Shown in pieces: positions 23,659 through 37,264 of a DNA stretch of 64,000 nucleotides; within the stretch, counting starts at the first letter, position 1, and each line of letters starts with the position of its first letter. Under the pieces are notes generated by a model. That model saw nothing but the letters and a program-made list of their open reading frames with translations, made no database searches and was not told where the DNA came from. The position numbers and the translations under genes were made by a program. Origin of the DNA: Eledone cirrhosa (Eukaryota). The stretch spans positions 260,648,001 to 260,712,000 of the forward strand of contig OZ024742.1 in assembly GCA_964016885.1 (NCBI GenBank), in the 5' to 3' direction.

Positions 23659-24394
23659 ATGATAGAAAGAAGAGAAAAAAACGAAACCCTTAGAAACGAA
23701 TAAGAGTCATCAAAGCGATCATATGTATTGCTTTAAACTGTAATGCGAAGGGATACACTAGTATTTGAAGTACCATCATTTGGGATTTTAACCCTCGGAC
23801 TTTCCCCTCCTGGTTTTGAAATTTAGGGAAAATTTAGGGGTGACTGGGAATATTACATAATGTAGGGATTTTCTTTTCCTTTTCTATCATTTCTTATTTA
23901 TGTATTTATATATTTATTTATCTACTCTCGTGATTGATATTCCGACAAATGTTAGGGGTGTATTTTGGTTTTTTATTATGTCAGGTATAGCATCCAAAAA
24001 TTTCTCCCTTCCCCCAATATATATATATATATATATATACAAACAGTGTCCCAAAAAATGTATACACACTTCAACAGCAAAGTAATCAAAGTGTGTATAT
24101 ATTTTTGAGGGGACACCGTGTGTATATATATATATATGTGTGTGTATGTGTAACTAGTAAAACTGTTAAAACGCAGCGGTATATTCTAATTTGGCCCTTT
24201 TAAGGGCCACCTATATTTTCATTTAAGTAACTCCACTTACATCTATATGCTTTAATTAAAAAAATAATAAAAAAACGCGTGAAAAATCTTTTTTTATTTA
24301 AGTAACTCCACTTACGCGTGGTAGTAATACGGAAATAAACGCTGTTTTGCTTTCATCGGCTGCTTCAACTGACAGCTAATAGCTTTGTAGTGCC
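23659..24394. repeat. ~700-bp dispersed repeat, copy 1
   Basis: Near-identical to 35802-36456 (atgatagaaagaagagaaaaaaacga...gtagtgcc). Confidence 0.9.
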
Positions 24395-24577
24395 AAGAAA
24401 CTTGTTGATACTTTATAAAACAAATGAAATAGTAAAATATTATTATGCAGTGGAGTTTTGAAACAATCAAAATATTAAAACATCATAGAAATACTCTCGT
24501 GGGAAGTTACGAAACCACATCTAAACATCATCATCATCATATGTTAACTGCCACGGCTTGTATAATATATATATATA

Positions 24578-24712
24578 TAATTGTCTCTACTTTAGGCACA
24601 AGGCCAGCAATTACCCAGTGCATTACTGGTACTTTATTTTATCGACCCCGTAAGGATGAAAGGCAAAGTCAACCTCGGCGGGATTTGAACTCAGATCGTA
24701 AAGGGACGTAAC
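24578..24712 (-). mobile_element. SINE family B fragment
   Basis: ggcacaaggccagcaattacccagtgcattactggtactttattttatcgaccccg...ggatttgaactcag. Confidence 0.8.
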
Positions 24713-25231
24713 AATGAAAGCTATACCCATTTTCACAAGAGAAGGCATCTCTCACCTGACGGACGGGCAGAGTTTACAGGTCTGCCCTTCATAGAAAGCA
24801 TCACACACACACACATACACATGTTGGTGACTCAATAGAGCCAAGTCATCCACTCCATTACATGGCTGAAGATTCTCAGCTACTGAGCAAACATCGTTTC
24901 ATGTCATGCTGCCCTTTCTCTTGTCACACAGTAAAGCTGCAATACTCAAATTTCAATATGCTTCAGACGTGGATAGCTGGCAACAGATATAATGACCCAA
25001 CAGAGCTCTCTATGACGACAACCCTTATACGGGAGACGTTTGTACAAGGACGAGATTCGACGTTTGATCCCATTGTATGTCACTTTAGATCAGAGGTTCT
25101 CAAACTTTTGGGGCCACCTCCCCACTCACGGCCCCATTATACCCTCAGCGCCCCCACCCCTATTTCCGGAGAGACTTGCTAACACGCAAATTATAAATGA
25201 TACATAATAGATAAAATCATTAATTTATATA

Positions 25232-25417
25232 TGGATTGGCAGTATCGGTAGAGGGTCTGACGCCATGCTTTGCAGCAAAGAGTTACGGCCCTTTATGGTC
25301 TGAGTTCAAATCCCGCCGAGGTTAACTTTGCCTTTCATCCTTACAGGGTCGGTAAAATAAAGTACCAGTAATACACTGAGATAATTGCTGGCCTTATGCC
25401 AAAAGTAGAAACAATTA
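25232..25417 (+). mobile_element. SINE family B, near full length
   Basis: tggattggcagtatcggtagag...gagttcaaatcccgccgagg (B-box-like)...aagtagaaacaatta. Confidence 0.8.
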
Positions 25418-25419
25418 AT

Positions 25420-26094
25420 TTATGGAAGCTGAACATGTCCCTACCGGCAAGTAAAGCTTACAGGAACCGGATTAGTACGTTAGTTAAGGAGTGGTTGACT
25501 GAAGCGATCGTCAACAGCAGGTGGTGGGTATCTCTAAAGAGAGAGATTAGAGTAGTCTCGATAGAATTTAGTAAGGTTTTAGCTGCGGATAGGAATAGGA
25601 AGGAAAGGGAGCTGATAGACAGAGTAGCAGAGGCAATTAGAAGCGGCGACGTGGCCTCAGAACGGCTTTGAGCCAGTTTTTCGACGCGAAGCACAAAGGC
25701 TGCGTTTTCCGAAGTAAAATACGTGCTCTAGGAAACGAGGGGACCAAAGCTGTTAGCTGGGCCCGCGTGACAGAAGCCAAGAGTGGAATTAAATCCACCA
25801 TCCGGTCTTTGCGAGACCAGGATGGACGAGCGATCCTTGAACCTAAGCAGATGTGTGAGGCCTTTCAAAGGCACTTTGCCCGATTGTTCAAAAAGGGCGG
25901 GGAGCCGGTTGGGGAAGTGGACTTCGGTCCATACCTCGACGGCCTGCCGCGTCTTTCGGACGAGGAGGCGAAGTCCTGTGAGGAACCGATTTCAGCCGCT
26001 GAGATAGAGGATGTGCTGAGCCAATGCGGCAAACGCAAATCCCCGGGTCTCGATGGTCTTCCATACGAACTATATCTAGCTATGCCGGACTTGT
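25420..26094 (+). mobile_element. L1/Tx1-clade LINE ORF2 internal fragment
   Basis: WKLNMSL..WWVSLKREIR..; PISAAEIEDVLSQCGKRKSPGLDGLPYELY (start of RT). Frameshifted. Confidence 0.8.
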
Positions 26095-26640
26095 TGCCCT
26101 TCCTAACACCAACCTCATTTGCAGTGAGTGCTGGGTGCTTTTTTGCCGTGGCACCTCCACGACCATTTTGCAGTGGAATGATAGGGACCCCAGTCCCTAT
26201 CATCTCATTTCTTCAGCTGAGTAAACTGGAGCAATGTGAAATAAAGTGTCTTGCTCAAGGAAACAACACATCACCACGTCTGAGAATTTTTCATGGAGGC
26301 ACATGGCTTAGTGGTTAGAGCATTGGCCTTGCAATAGAAAGGTTGTGAGTTCAATTCTCAGACCGGGTGATGTGTTGTTTCCTTGAGCAAGACACTTTAT
26401 TTCACATTGCTCCAGTTTACTCAGCTGAAGAAATGAGATGATAGGGATTGGGGTCCCTATCATTCCACTGCAAAGTGCTCATGGAGGTGCCACGGCAAAA
26501 AAGCAGCCAGCACTCACAGAAAATGAGGTTGGTGTTAGGAAGGGCATCCAGCTGTAGAAATCAAGCCAGAATCAGTTCCCGTCCCACCCTTGCAAGCAGG
26601 GAAAAGCGAACGTAAAATGAAATGATGATGATGAAATGAT
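26095..26640. mobile_element. SINE family A (26295-26640 +) preceded by an inverted partial copy (26095-26288 -)
   Basis: 26095-26288 is the reverse complement of 26353-26546. Confidence 0.85.
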
Positions 26641-27116
26641 ATATATATATATATATATAGAATAAGTAAAAGCGAAGTAGTTTCAGATGTTCAAGTCCTT
26701 TAATAATAATGGTGTGATATATATTTCAATGACGACACTGGCCACACTGTTCTGTGTGCGAGTGTCGTGACATCATCAGACAGCTTGTTACATAATAATG
26801 TTATGTTTCCGAGGCAATCTAAGTTAAATCGACATGGGAACGGACGAAGTGTGTGCTTTTGGGTTCTTCATCCGTTCCCCTGTGAGTACCAATTCACCCC
26901 CACCGGTCTGAGCAGGCGCATGTCCGAAGGAAGTTGACCATTAGCTACCGCCGATTTCAACGAAATTCGCTTAGTCAGTTCACTCTCTCAGCCAAACAAT
27001 GACCCATTTAGGCCTGTACCATAGTTTACTGCTACCCGTCCCTTCTGTGGCAGTCAGCCGAAAGCCAGAGGGGATGGGAGAGTGTTAGTTTTTACAGGTC
27101 CCAATACTATACCTCT

Positions 27117-27430
27117 CACCTTGCATGGGTTTGGACGGGCGTTTTCCCACTTGAGGCAAGAGTGGTTGTCTTGCTCGCATAGGACTGTCTGGTGGGTTTT
27201 CTATGGCTGGATGCCCTTCCTAACACCAACCACGTTTACAGTGTGGACTGGGAGGTTTTTACCGTGTTACCTACACGGCCACATTACAGCGTGGACTGTG
27301 TGTTTTTTGTCGTGACACCTACACGACCTCATTTGTTTCGGACTGGATGTTGTGGTACCAACATAACTTTACATTGAAAGGGGTGGTGTGGATGGGGTGG
27401 GGGTAGTGGGACGGGGGTGTATTTTTGTTA
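27117..27430 (-). mobile_element. SINE/RTE-tail-related repeat
   Basis: Closely matches 52354-52775 and shares gctggatgcccttcctaacaccaac with SINE A. Confidence 0.7.
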
Positions 27431-27601
27431 TATATATATATATATAGTGTTAGTAAATTCTGTACCATACAGTTTTGTCAGCACAAGTCTAGGTCACAAT
27501 TTATGCAAATAAAATTAAAGGAGAATAACTTCAGAATAGACAAGTTTTATTTAAAACATTTATAACATTGGTGGCACTATTTTGGGTGAGTGATAGGGTC
27601 T

Positions 27602-28085
<484 letters not shown>

Positions 28086-28089
28086 TTCT

Positions 28090-28595
28090 CAGTAGATGTG
28101 TGTGTATGTAACACAGTAGATGTGTGTGTGTAATCCAGTAGATGTGTGTGTGTAATCCAGTAGATGTGTGTGTATGTAACAGTAGATGTGTGTATGCAAC
28201 TCAGTAGATGTGTGTGTAACACAGTAGATGTGTGTGTGTAACACAGTAGATGTGTGTAACACAGATGTGTGTGTATGTATCTCAGTAGATGTGTGTGTGT
28301 GTAACACAGTAGATGTGTGCATGTAACACAGTAGATGTGTGTATGTAACTCAGTATATGTGTGTGTATGTAACTCAGTAGATCTGTGTGTATGTAACACA
28401 GTAGATGTGTGTGTGTATGTTGCACAGTAGATGTGTGTGTGTATGTTGCACAGTAGATGTGTGTGTATGTTGCACGATAGATGTGTGTGTAACACAGTAG
28501 ATGTGTGTATGTAACACAGTAGATATGTGTATGTAACACAGTAGATATGTGTGTATGTAACACAGTAGATGTGTGTGTATGTAACTCACATGTAA
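28090..28595. repeat. Minisatellite (cagtagatgtgtgtgtatgtaaca), 20-26-bp unit
   Basis: Seen directly, >20 copies. Confidence 0.95.
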
Positions 28596-29184
28596 CAGTG
28601 GAATCTGCTAAGTTTAAAATATCACGTCAACATTTCAGTTTGGAAGTTTTTTTTCTATATATAAAAGTGGAGAAATATATTTTTCCAATGTTATATATAT
28701 TTTCACTTGTATATAATTACTGGATCGTTGTAGGGTTCACATAATTATATTATTTACAAACATTAATATAGACATTAAGTAAATCTTTGTTAACTTACCT
28801 CCTTCAGATATAATCAATGTGATTAATGACATTAACGTTGGTGTATCTTCTTTATCTTTAGTCATAAATTGATATCTTGTTAGAATGAAGTAGTGAGGCT
28901 GACTTTATGTCTTTAGCTACAGATTTGATAGGAAATATATATATATATTAGGTTGATATGTGGTCTAAAATATATATATATATATTGTCTATAAACGACT
29001 GATAGCAGATGTTCTGGTGAAATAGTAGGTTTACTACTACAGATTGTAATGGAACTCTTAGTAGACACAATTGTAAAGTAAGAATAGATATGACAGTGTA
29101 AGACTGATGTCGGGGAGAGAAAATTGTGTGTATATATATATATATAATTGTTACACAAGATATAATTAGATTAATTAAAGTTAT

Positions 29185-29442
29185 AATTATTTCTACTATT
29201 GGCACAAGGCCAGCAATTACCCAGTACATTACTGGTACTTTATTTTATCGACCCCGTAAGGATGAAAGGCAAAGTTAACCTCGGCAGGATTTGAACTCAG
29301 ACCATAAAGGGCCGTAACTCTTTGCTGCAAAGCATGGCGTCCGACCCTCTACCGATACTGCCAATCCACCGCCCTTAAATAATTGTTTCTACTTTTTGGC
29401 ACAAGGCCAGCAATTTACCAGTGCATTACTGGTACTTTATTT
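29185..29442 (-). mobile_element. SINE family B, full length, plus an adjacent 3' fragment
   Basis: Reverse complement of 25232-25417. Confidence 0.8.
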
Positions 29443-29469
29443 TCCATCAATTTCAAGCGGTCAACCTTT

Positions 29470-29960
29470 TACACAGCATCTCTACCTTCATACACATCAC
29501 ATGTCCATACCACAGCAATCTTCTCTCCTGCATAATGTATCTTATCCCTCTTATGCCCAGGTTCTCTCTCAGTTTATTTACACTTTGTTCTTCATGTATA
29601 TTAATATTACACATCCATTGGAGAATTCAAGCTTCATTTCTATCCAATCTTCGGAGGTCCTCTGCACACACACCGCCCACATCTCACTGCAATGCAGCAT
29701 TGCTGTTCATATGCAGACATCACTTTGATGAAACAACCTTTTGTAGCTAGCAGCAGTAGTAGCAACCTAAACCTTTGCCATCTTGTTCTTACTCTGGTTA
29801 CTGTACTTTCAGAACACCTACCTCCACTGCATATTTGGTCACCTAGGTAACAGAAACTGTCAACTGCTTCTATGGAATCTTTTAAATATTTGATAGAGCT
29901 TATTTCCTAAAAGCGATTGCTTCTTACTGCTCCAGTGCAATGACCCCATGTAAAATCTAC
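29470..29960 (-). mobile_element. Decayed RTE LINE fragment
   Basis: Reverse complement resembles 1830-2160 (gaaatgaagcttgaattctccaatggatgtgtaat; acagtttctgttacctaggtgacc). Confidence 0.65.
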
Positions 29961-30109
29961 TTTCTTAGCTAACTCACCTTGGGCATGCTGACATATATTA
30001 AAAGGAAGTTCTTTCCTCCAACAATTTTTACCCCAAACAGACGAGTTTCATATTGTCAAAAAGGGAGGTAAATCTTTAGTGGTGGAATTGTCAGACTTAA
30101 TTATATATG

Positions 30110-30745
30110 TAATTAGATACACATAGAAGTGGTTGATAGCTTTTGCAATCTAGGTGACTTAATTAGCAGTGGAGTGGGCTGCTCTGAAAGATGAATAGCT
30201 AGAATAAGGATAGGATGGAAAAAGTTTAGAGAGCTACTGCAACAGTTGACCACAAAAGGTTTCTCTCTGTATAAAAGGAGGACTGTATGACACATGTGGG
30301 TGATGTGCAATGATGCATGGTAACGAAACAAGGGCTGTGACGGCAGAGGATATGTAGACTGGAGAGAAATGCAACAACCATGCTTTGTAGGATATGTTGT
30401 GTAAGTGTGAGAGAAAGGCAGAGCTTGGACAAGTTCAAGAAGAAGCTGGGTTTAAGAGTGATCCGAAGTGGTGTGTAAGAGAGAAGACTGTGTTTGTACG
30501 GACATGTGATGCACATGGATAATGACTACTGGGTGAAGAAGTGCCAGGAAATCCCAGTGGAAGGAAGCCATAGTAGAGGTAGACCAAGAAAGACCTGGAC
30601 AGAGGCTGTGTGAACTGACTTCTAATCACTGACTCTCACAGAGGAGATGACAAAGGAACACGACGAGTTCAAAGATGCCATGTTGAGAAGGACCTGTGCA
30701 ACCCAAGCAAGCATGGAAAAATGGACATAAAAACAGGGATGATAT
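30110..30745 (+). mobile_element. Decayed RTE LINE 3' end
   Basis: EVVDSFCNLGDLISSGVGCSE..IARIRIGWKKFRELL; RGRPRKTW; 3' tail gcaagcatggaaaaatggacataaaa. Confidence 0.75.
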
Positions 30746-31009
30746 TGATGAAAATGACGTACATATACACACATACATACACAAATAAATCAAACACAGA
30801 TATGCACATACTTATATACAAACATATACATGAACACAAATTTTTACACACATACATTCACATATATATAACGTATGTAAATTCTGAACAATACAGTTTT
30901 GTCAGCACAAGTCTTGGTTACAACTTCTACAAATAAAATGAAAGGAGAAGAATTTCGTAGTAAAACAGTTTTATTCAAAATATTAACATTGGTGGCACTA
31001 TTTTGGGTG

Positions 31010-31778
31010 AGTGATATGGTTTTTATCTTGTCTCATTGTGTTGCATTAAGTAATCTTTACAAGAGAACGATTTATCACAGACATCACAGTGATATAGTTC
31101 CTCTCCTGTAGATGTTAGTGTGTAGTGAAGCCACAACATTTAGACAATGATTTACCACAGACATCACAGTGATATGGTTCCTCTCCTGTATATGTTAGTG
31201 TCTAGTGAAGCCACAACATTCAGAGAAGCATTTACCACAGACATCACAGTGATATGGTTCCTCTCCTGTATGTATATGTTAGTGTCTAGTGATGCCACAA
31301 CATTTAGAGAATGATTTACCAAATATATCAAAGTGATATGGCTTCCCAACTGTATGTTTGTGTGTAGTTAATGTAACATTGAAAGAGAATGATTTCCTTC
31401 AGATGTTACAATGATAAGTATTTGTATTCTCATTAATTCACAATTTTGAGGGAATGATTATCACTGATGTCATGATGCGATATGATTTCTCCTCTGCATG
31501 TATAAGTTTGTGAGTAGTTATGCTACTTTTCCCAGAGAATGATTTACCACAGATCTCACAGTGATATGATTTCTCTCCAGAATGGGTATGTTTGTGACTA
31601 GTTAAACTACCCAATTGAAAGAAGGATTTACTACAGATATCACAGTGATATGGCTTGTCTCCTGTATGTATATGTTTGCGTTGTAGTTAAGCTACTACTT
31701 TGAGAGAATGATTAACCACAGATATCACAGTGATATGGTGTGCCTCCTGTATGTATACGTTTATGGCTAGTTAAGGAA
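31010..31778 (-). pseudogene. Decayed zinc-finger repeats downstream of the stop codon of 31779-32705
   Basis: Repeated accacagatatcacagtgatatgg motifs with stops and indels. Confidence 0.8.
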
Positions 31779-32798
<1,020 letters not shown>

Positions 32799-33339
32799 TC
32801 AACTGTGATTTCATTTAATATCTGAAGATAATACAAACTTATATTTCATCCAAGTTTAGTTAAAATACAAAATCATCTCATAGTGAAGAAAATAAACTCA
32901 GTTTTGAGGAAATACTTCACAGTAATTCAATGACAGATTTATATAAACGGTGTTATATGAGTTCTGTATAAAACGTTTTAGTCTTCAAATGATTTTAAAT
33001 AGAGGTGATGTATCCAAGATTGAAAATAATAATTTATCCCAATGTCATCTGATATTCTGAAATAAGAAAGAAACAGTATGAGATAATAGAGAATACTTAA
33101 AAAGCAGAGATAGATTTAACAGTGGAAATTTTATATTTCTATATTGGTAAACTGTAGATATCAACTTTCCTGTCCAGAGCAATTCTCTCCAATGTAAGCA
33201 GTGGTATTTCAGCATGCTATATAAATGTTATCCTTCTATCTCTTCAGAGGTCTGCTCTATGGCAGTTTAGCATAAAATTCATTCTTATAGGACTTATAAG
33301 AAAGAAACAGTATGAGATAATAGAGAATACTTAAAATAC

Positions 33340-35762
33340 AGGGAGGATCCCAGACCAAAAAAAGAGACATCATAATGCTATGATGGATGGAATCTGGGAG
33401 ATGGTCCAGCTAAAATCCTGGTCCTTTCAGTGCCTGGCCTGTGTGCCTGCCTCCACTAATGTTATTGAAAAACAACAACAACAACAAAAACCAATGACTG
33501 TATCTTCCTCTACCATTGTTACTGAACAACGGCAAAAACCTATGACACTAGCTTCTACTGCTATTCCTGTGGGAGAACATCAGAAACAACAACAACCCAT
33601 GTCTTCCGCTCCCAGTACATCTCGACACAAACAACCTGCGCTGTGTCTTCCCCTATCATTCCTGTGGAGGAACATCATCATCACCAACAACAACAACAAC
33701 AGCAACAGCAGCAACAACCTGCGACTGTGTCTTCCCCTACCATTCCCGTGGAGGAACATCATCATCACCAACAACAACAATAGCAACAGCAACAGCAGCA
33801 ACAACAACAACAACAACCGACCAGTACAGATTTTGCAGAATTGCAACTAATGATTTCTGCTTTAAGAAGGGAAGTAACAGGAATAAAGGCAAGCATTCAG
33901 GTAGGACCCCACAATGAGGGATCTTATCGGAATGCCTTGCTAAAGAATCTCCCTGTACCTCTTGCCGCATCTGGCCACACTGAAAAGACTGCGGAATCTG
34001 CTACCCATGAAGTAATTGCCATTGGGGTACCAGAGGACAAGGCTGATCTTCAGGCATTTGCTGTCAGCTCAGCCAAAGACCTAGGCTGTGTTCCCACAAA
34101 GGGTGCTCTCCGCCTTGGTCGACCTGGTCCAAAACCCAGACTCATCAGGCTGTCTTTTTCGGACCCCGCTGAGGCAACCTCATACCATCTGGCCTCTGTT
34201 AAAGCTGGGCGTGAAAATCGGATTACCTTCCGAACACGCCCAGGCCTACCACCCCATGTACGTCCAAAGCTCCGTGCTGCAACTTCCTTGAATCGGAACT
34301 CAGCACAACATGAAAGTTTTAGTCTGCGTGATGATGGCCAGATCTGGAGGTTTGTCAAGGCTGGTGAAACGTGGAAGAGAGATACCAGCTGGTCTGAGTG
34401 TGATCTACCCACAATAACTGGCAATGTAAAAACTGCTACAACTCTGGGAAACTAAACCAGAACAACCTGCCACCCTCTACACACCATCATAAACTGCGAG
34501 CAGGGTACAAATTGTTGTCCTTAAATGCTCGCAGTTTATGCAACAAGATACATCTGTTTGAATCCTACGTCAGAAGCATCGACCCTGACTTCATCACAGT
34601 CACAGAAACATGGGCACATTCCTTACTCTGTGATGGGGTTTTCAGCATTACTGGGTACAACCTTTTCAGCAAGGACCGCATTAATCGCCGTGGTGGTGGT
34701 GTGATGGTCTACGTTCGTTCAAACTTTTCGGTAATTCCTTGCGTTGATTTGAACGAATCACAGGAAGAAGTTTTTTTCTGTGACATACGTATGACCATGT
34801 CATCACTTCTGCTTGGTGTTGTTTATCGCCCCCCAAACTACCATCAGGACACACAGCTTTGCGATATCCTCAGAGTTGCTGCCAAGAAACAGCCACTTAT
34901 GTGTTTATTGCAGGTGACTTCAATCATCCTGAGATCGATTGGGAAACTTTTCGTTGGCCACAAGGTGCAAACGATTTCCTTGAACTAGTGCTGGACTCAA
35001 ACTGGTCACCTCTCCAACAAGAGGTGACAACACTTTGGACCTGATCTTCACCACTACTCCTGAAGTGGTTATCAGTTGTACTACTGAGGAACCTCTAGGC
35101 GACTCTGATCATGCTATGATCATTGCCAATCTGGCACTTGAGGGCAGCAACAAAAACCAGAGCCATCTCCAATCTGCTTGCTTTGATTGGAAGAGGGCGG
35201 ATTGGAACTTGTACTGCACTGAGCTACAGCGCCCAAACTGGCATGAGATGTATAACTCTGGAGATGTGAACACTATACTCCAGAGCATCCTGGACTCAAT
35301 ATGGATAGCGTGTGCAGCATCGGTGCCATGTAAGCGTAAAAATAACCACCCCAAAAGTGCAATTTGGGAAACTTCAGCGGTCCGACTTGCCAGGAAAGAA
35401 CGTCGGAACGCTGAACGGGAATATAAACTGCATAAATCAGATGCCAACAGAAAAAAGCGGAATAAATCTTCTAACCATCTCAAGCAAGTGACAAAGAAGG
35501 CAGTGCTTGAATTTGAACAGTGCATAGCAACCAATCCTGACGGTAAGGTGTTCTGGAAATATGTTCATTCAAAGCAGAGACCTCACTCTCCAGTTGGTCC
35601 TCTTCGCAATCCCCACACAAGCCAGATCACTGACGATCCCAAAGAATGCGCAGAACTCATTGCTGAGTGGTATGCAAGTATTTTTACTGTTGAAAACCAG
35701 AATGTACCATCTCCACCATCTCTAACATCAAATTCCATAACAACTATGGAATTTACACCTGC

Positions 35763-35765
<3 letters not shown>
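33340..35765 (+). mobile_element. CR1-type LINE, ORF1 plus 5' half of ORF2, 3'-truncated before RT
   Basis: ORF1 has poly-Q/H and RLGRPGPKPRLIRLSF. ORF2 has APE motifs NARSL, VTETW, GGGVMVYV, YRPP, GDFN, LDLIF and SDH. Several frameshifts. Confidence 0.88.
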
Positions 35766-35801
<36 letters not shown>

Positions 35802-35807
<6 letters not shown>

Positions 35808-36456
35808 AGAAAGAAGAGAAAAAAACGAGACCCTTAGAAACGAATAAGTGTCATCAAAGCGATCATATGTATTGTTTTAAAACTGTAATGCGAAGGGATA
35901 CACTAGTATTTGAGGTACCATCATTTGGGATTTTAACCCTCGGACTTTTCCCTCCCGGTTTTGAAATTTAGGGAAAATTTAGGGGTGACTGGGAATATTA
36001 CATAATGTAGGGATTTTCTTTTCCTTTTCTATCATTTCTTATTTATGTATTTATATATTTATTTATCTACTCTCGTGATTGATATTCCGACAAATGTTAG
36101 GGGTGTATTTTGGTTTTTTATTATGTCAGGTATAACATCCAAAAATTTCTCCCTTCTCCCAATATATATATACAAACAGTGTCCCAAAAAATGTATACAC
36201 ACTTCAACAGCTAAGTAATCAAAGTGTGTATATATTTTGGAGGGGACACCGTGTGTATATATATATATGTGTGTGTGTGTGTATGTGTAACTAGTAAAAC
36301 TGTAAAAACGCAGCGGTATATTCTAATTTGGCCCTTCTAAGGGCCACCTATATTTTCATTTAAGTAACTCCACTTACGCGTGCTAGTAATACGAAAATAA
36401 ACAATGTTTTGCTTTCATCGGCTGCTTCGACTGACAGCTAATAGCGTTGTAGTGCC
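35802..36456. repeat. ~700-bp dispersed repeat, copy 2
   Basis: Near-identical to 23659-24394. Confidence 0.9.
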
Positions 36457-36530
36457 CTATTTTCTTCTTGTTAGTGAACAATCTGCTAAGTTAACTACAG
36501 GGGTCAATTAGTTATTACTAACAGTGGAAA
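36455..36530 (-). promoter_or_regulatory. Truncated paralogous ZNF first-exon sequence (divergent orientation)
   Basis: Reverse complement tttccactgttagtaataactaattgacccctgtagttaactta..aacaagaagaa matches 37071-37142 and 43477-43550. Confidence 0.65.
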
Positions 36531-37005
36531 TTAGATTTAGTGAGGAGTATGGAGGGAAGAACTTACCCTTCATTAGTAAAAGTTTTGTAAAAATGTTATC
36601 AGTGAACACCGTGTTGTATTATAATCGATTAAATTTAGGATCGATTCAGTACTTGACTATTTCTTTATTTTATATACTTTTGAAGGATGAAAGTTGGCCT
36701 CGGCAGAATTTTAACTCAGGATTTAAAGTGCAATAGATAAACACAGCGAAGCATTTTGTTTCTACACGGTAACTATTCCGTCAATCCACTTGCTATGATC
36801 CATATCCCAAGCTTTCTGAAAGGCAACCACAAGAAATGCATTCTACAGCTACATTAAGTACATGTGGATATGACTCGGAATGTTTACACATAATACTGTA
36901 AAGCAAACGAGCTGCACCAAAAATGAAGTTGCTGTGTTGAGATACAGATATAAATATTTGTATAGGATTCTCTAGTGATTAGAAGTAAGTTTATCTCATG
37001 AATGG

Positions 37006-37264
37006 CACTTCCGGTATGTCCTTGTTGAATCAATAAACATTGTAGATATATTATTATTTCTTTACATTCGTTTCCACTGTGTTAGTAATAACTAATTACC
37101 TCCTTTGGTTAACTTATGTAGTTGTTTATTAACAAGAAGAATGAAATAGAGATATCCTGTAAGAAGCAGTTGAAAGTTCTGCTTAATATATCAATGTTTT
37201 CGTCAATTTTAAGAGTGGCCACTTCACTCTCATTATTTAATCTTAACTTAATTCTTATGTAAGT
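37006..37264 (+). promoter_or_regulatory. Putative ZNF promoter motif (CACTTCCGGT, ETS-type) plus non-coding exon 1 and donor
   Basis: Motif at 37006-37015, donor GTAAGT at 37259, acceptor tttatttcag|gttatctgatg at 38506/38507. All are conserved in the paralogues. Confidence 0.65.

Noticed and set aside
25090-25200. hAT/Charlie-like terminus cagaggttctcaaact
   Set aside because: No matching second terminus or TSD found.
25668-26318. 216-aa ORF as a host gene
   Set aside because: Chance read-through from an L1/Tx1 fragment into an antisense SINE.
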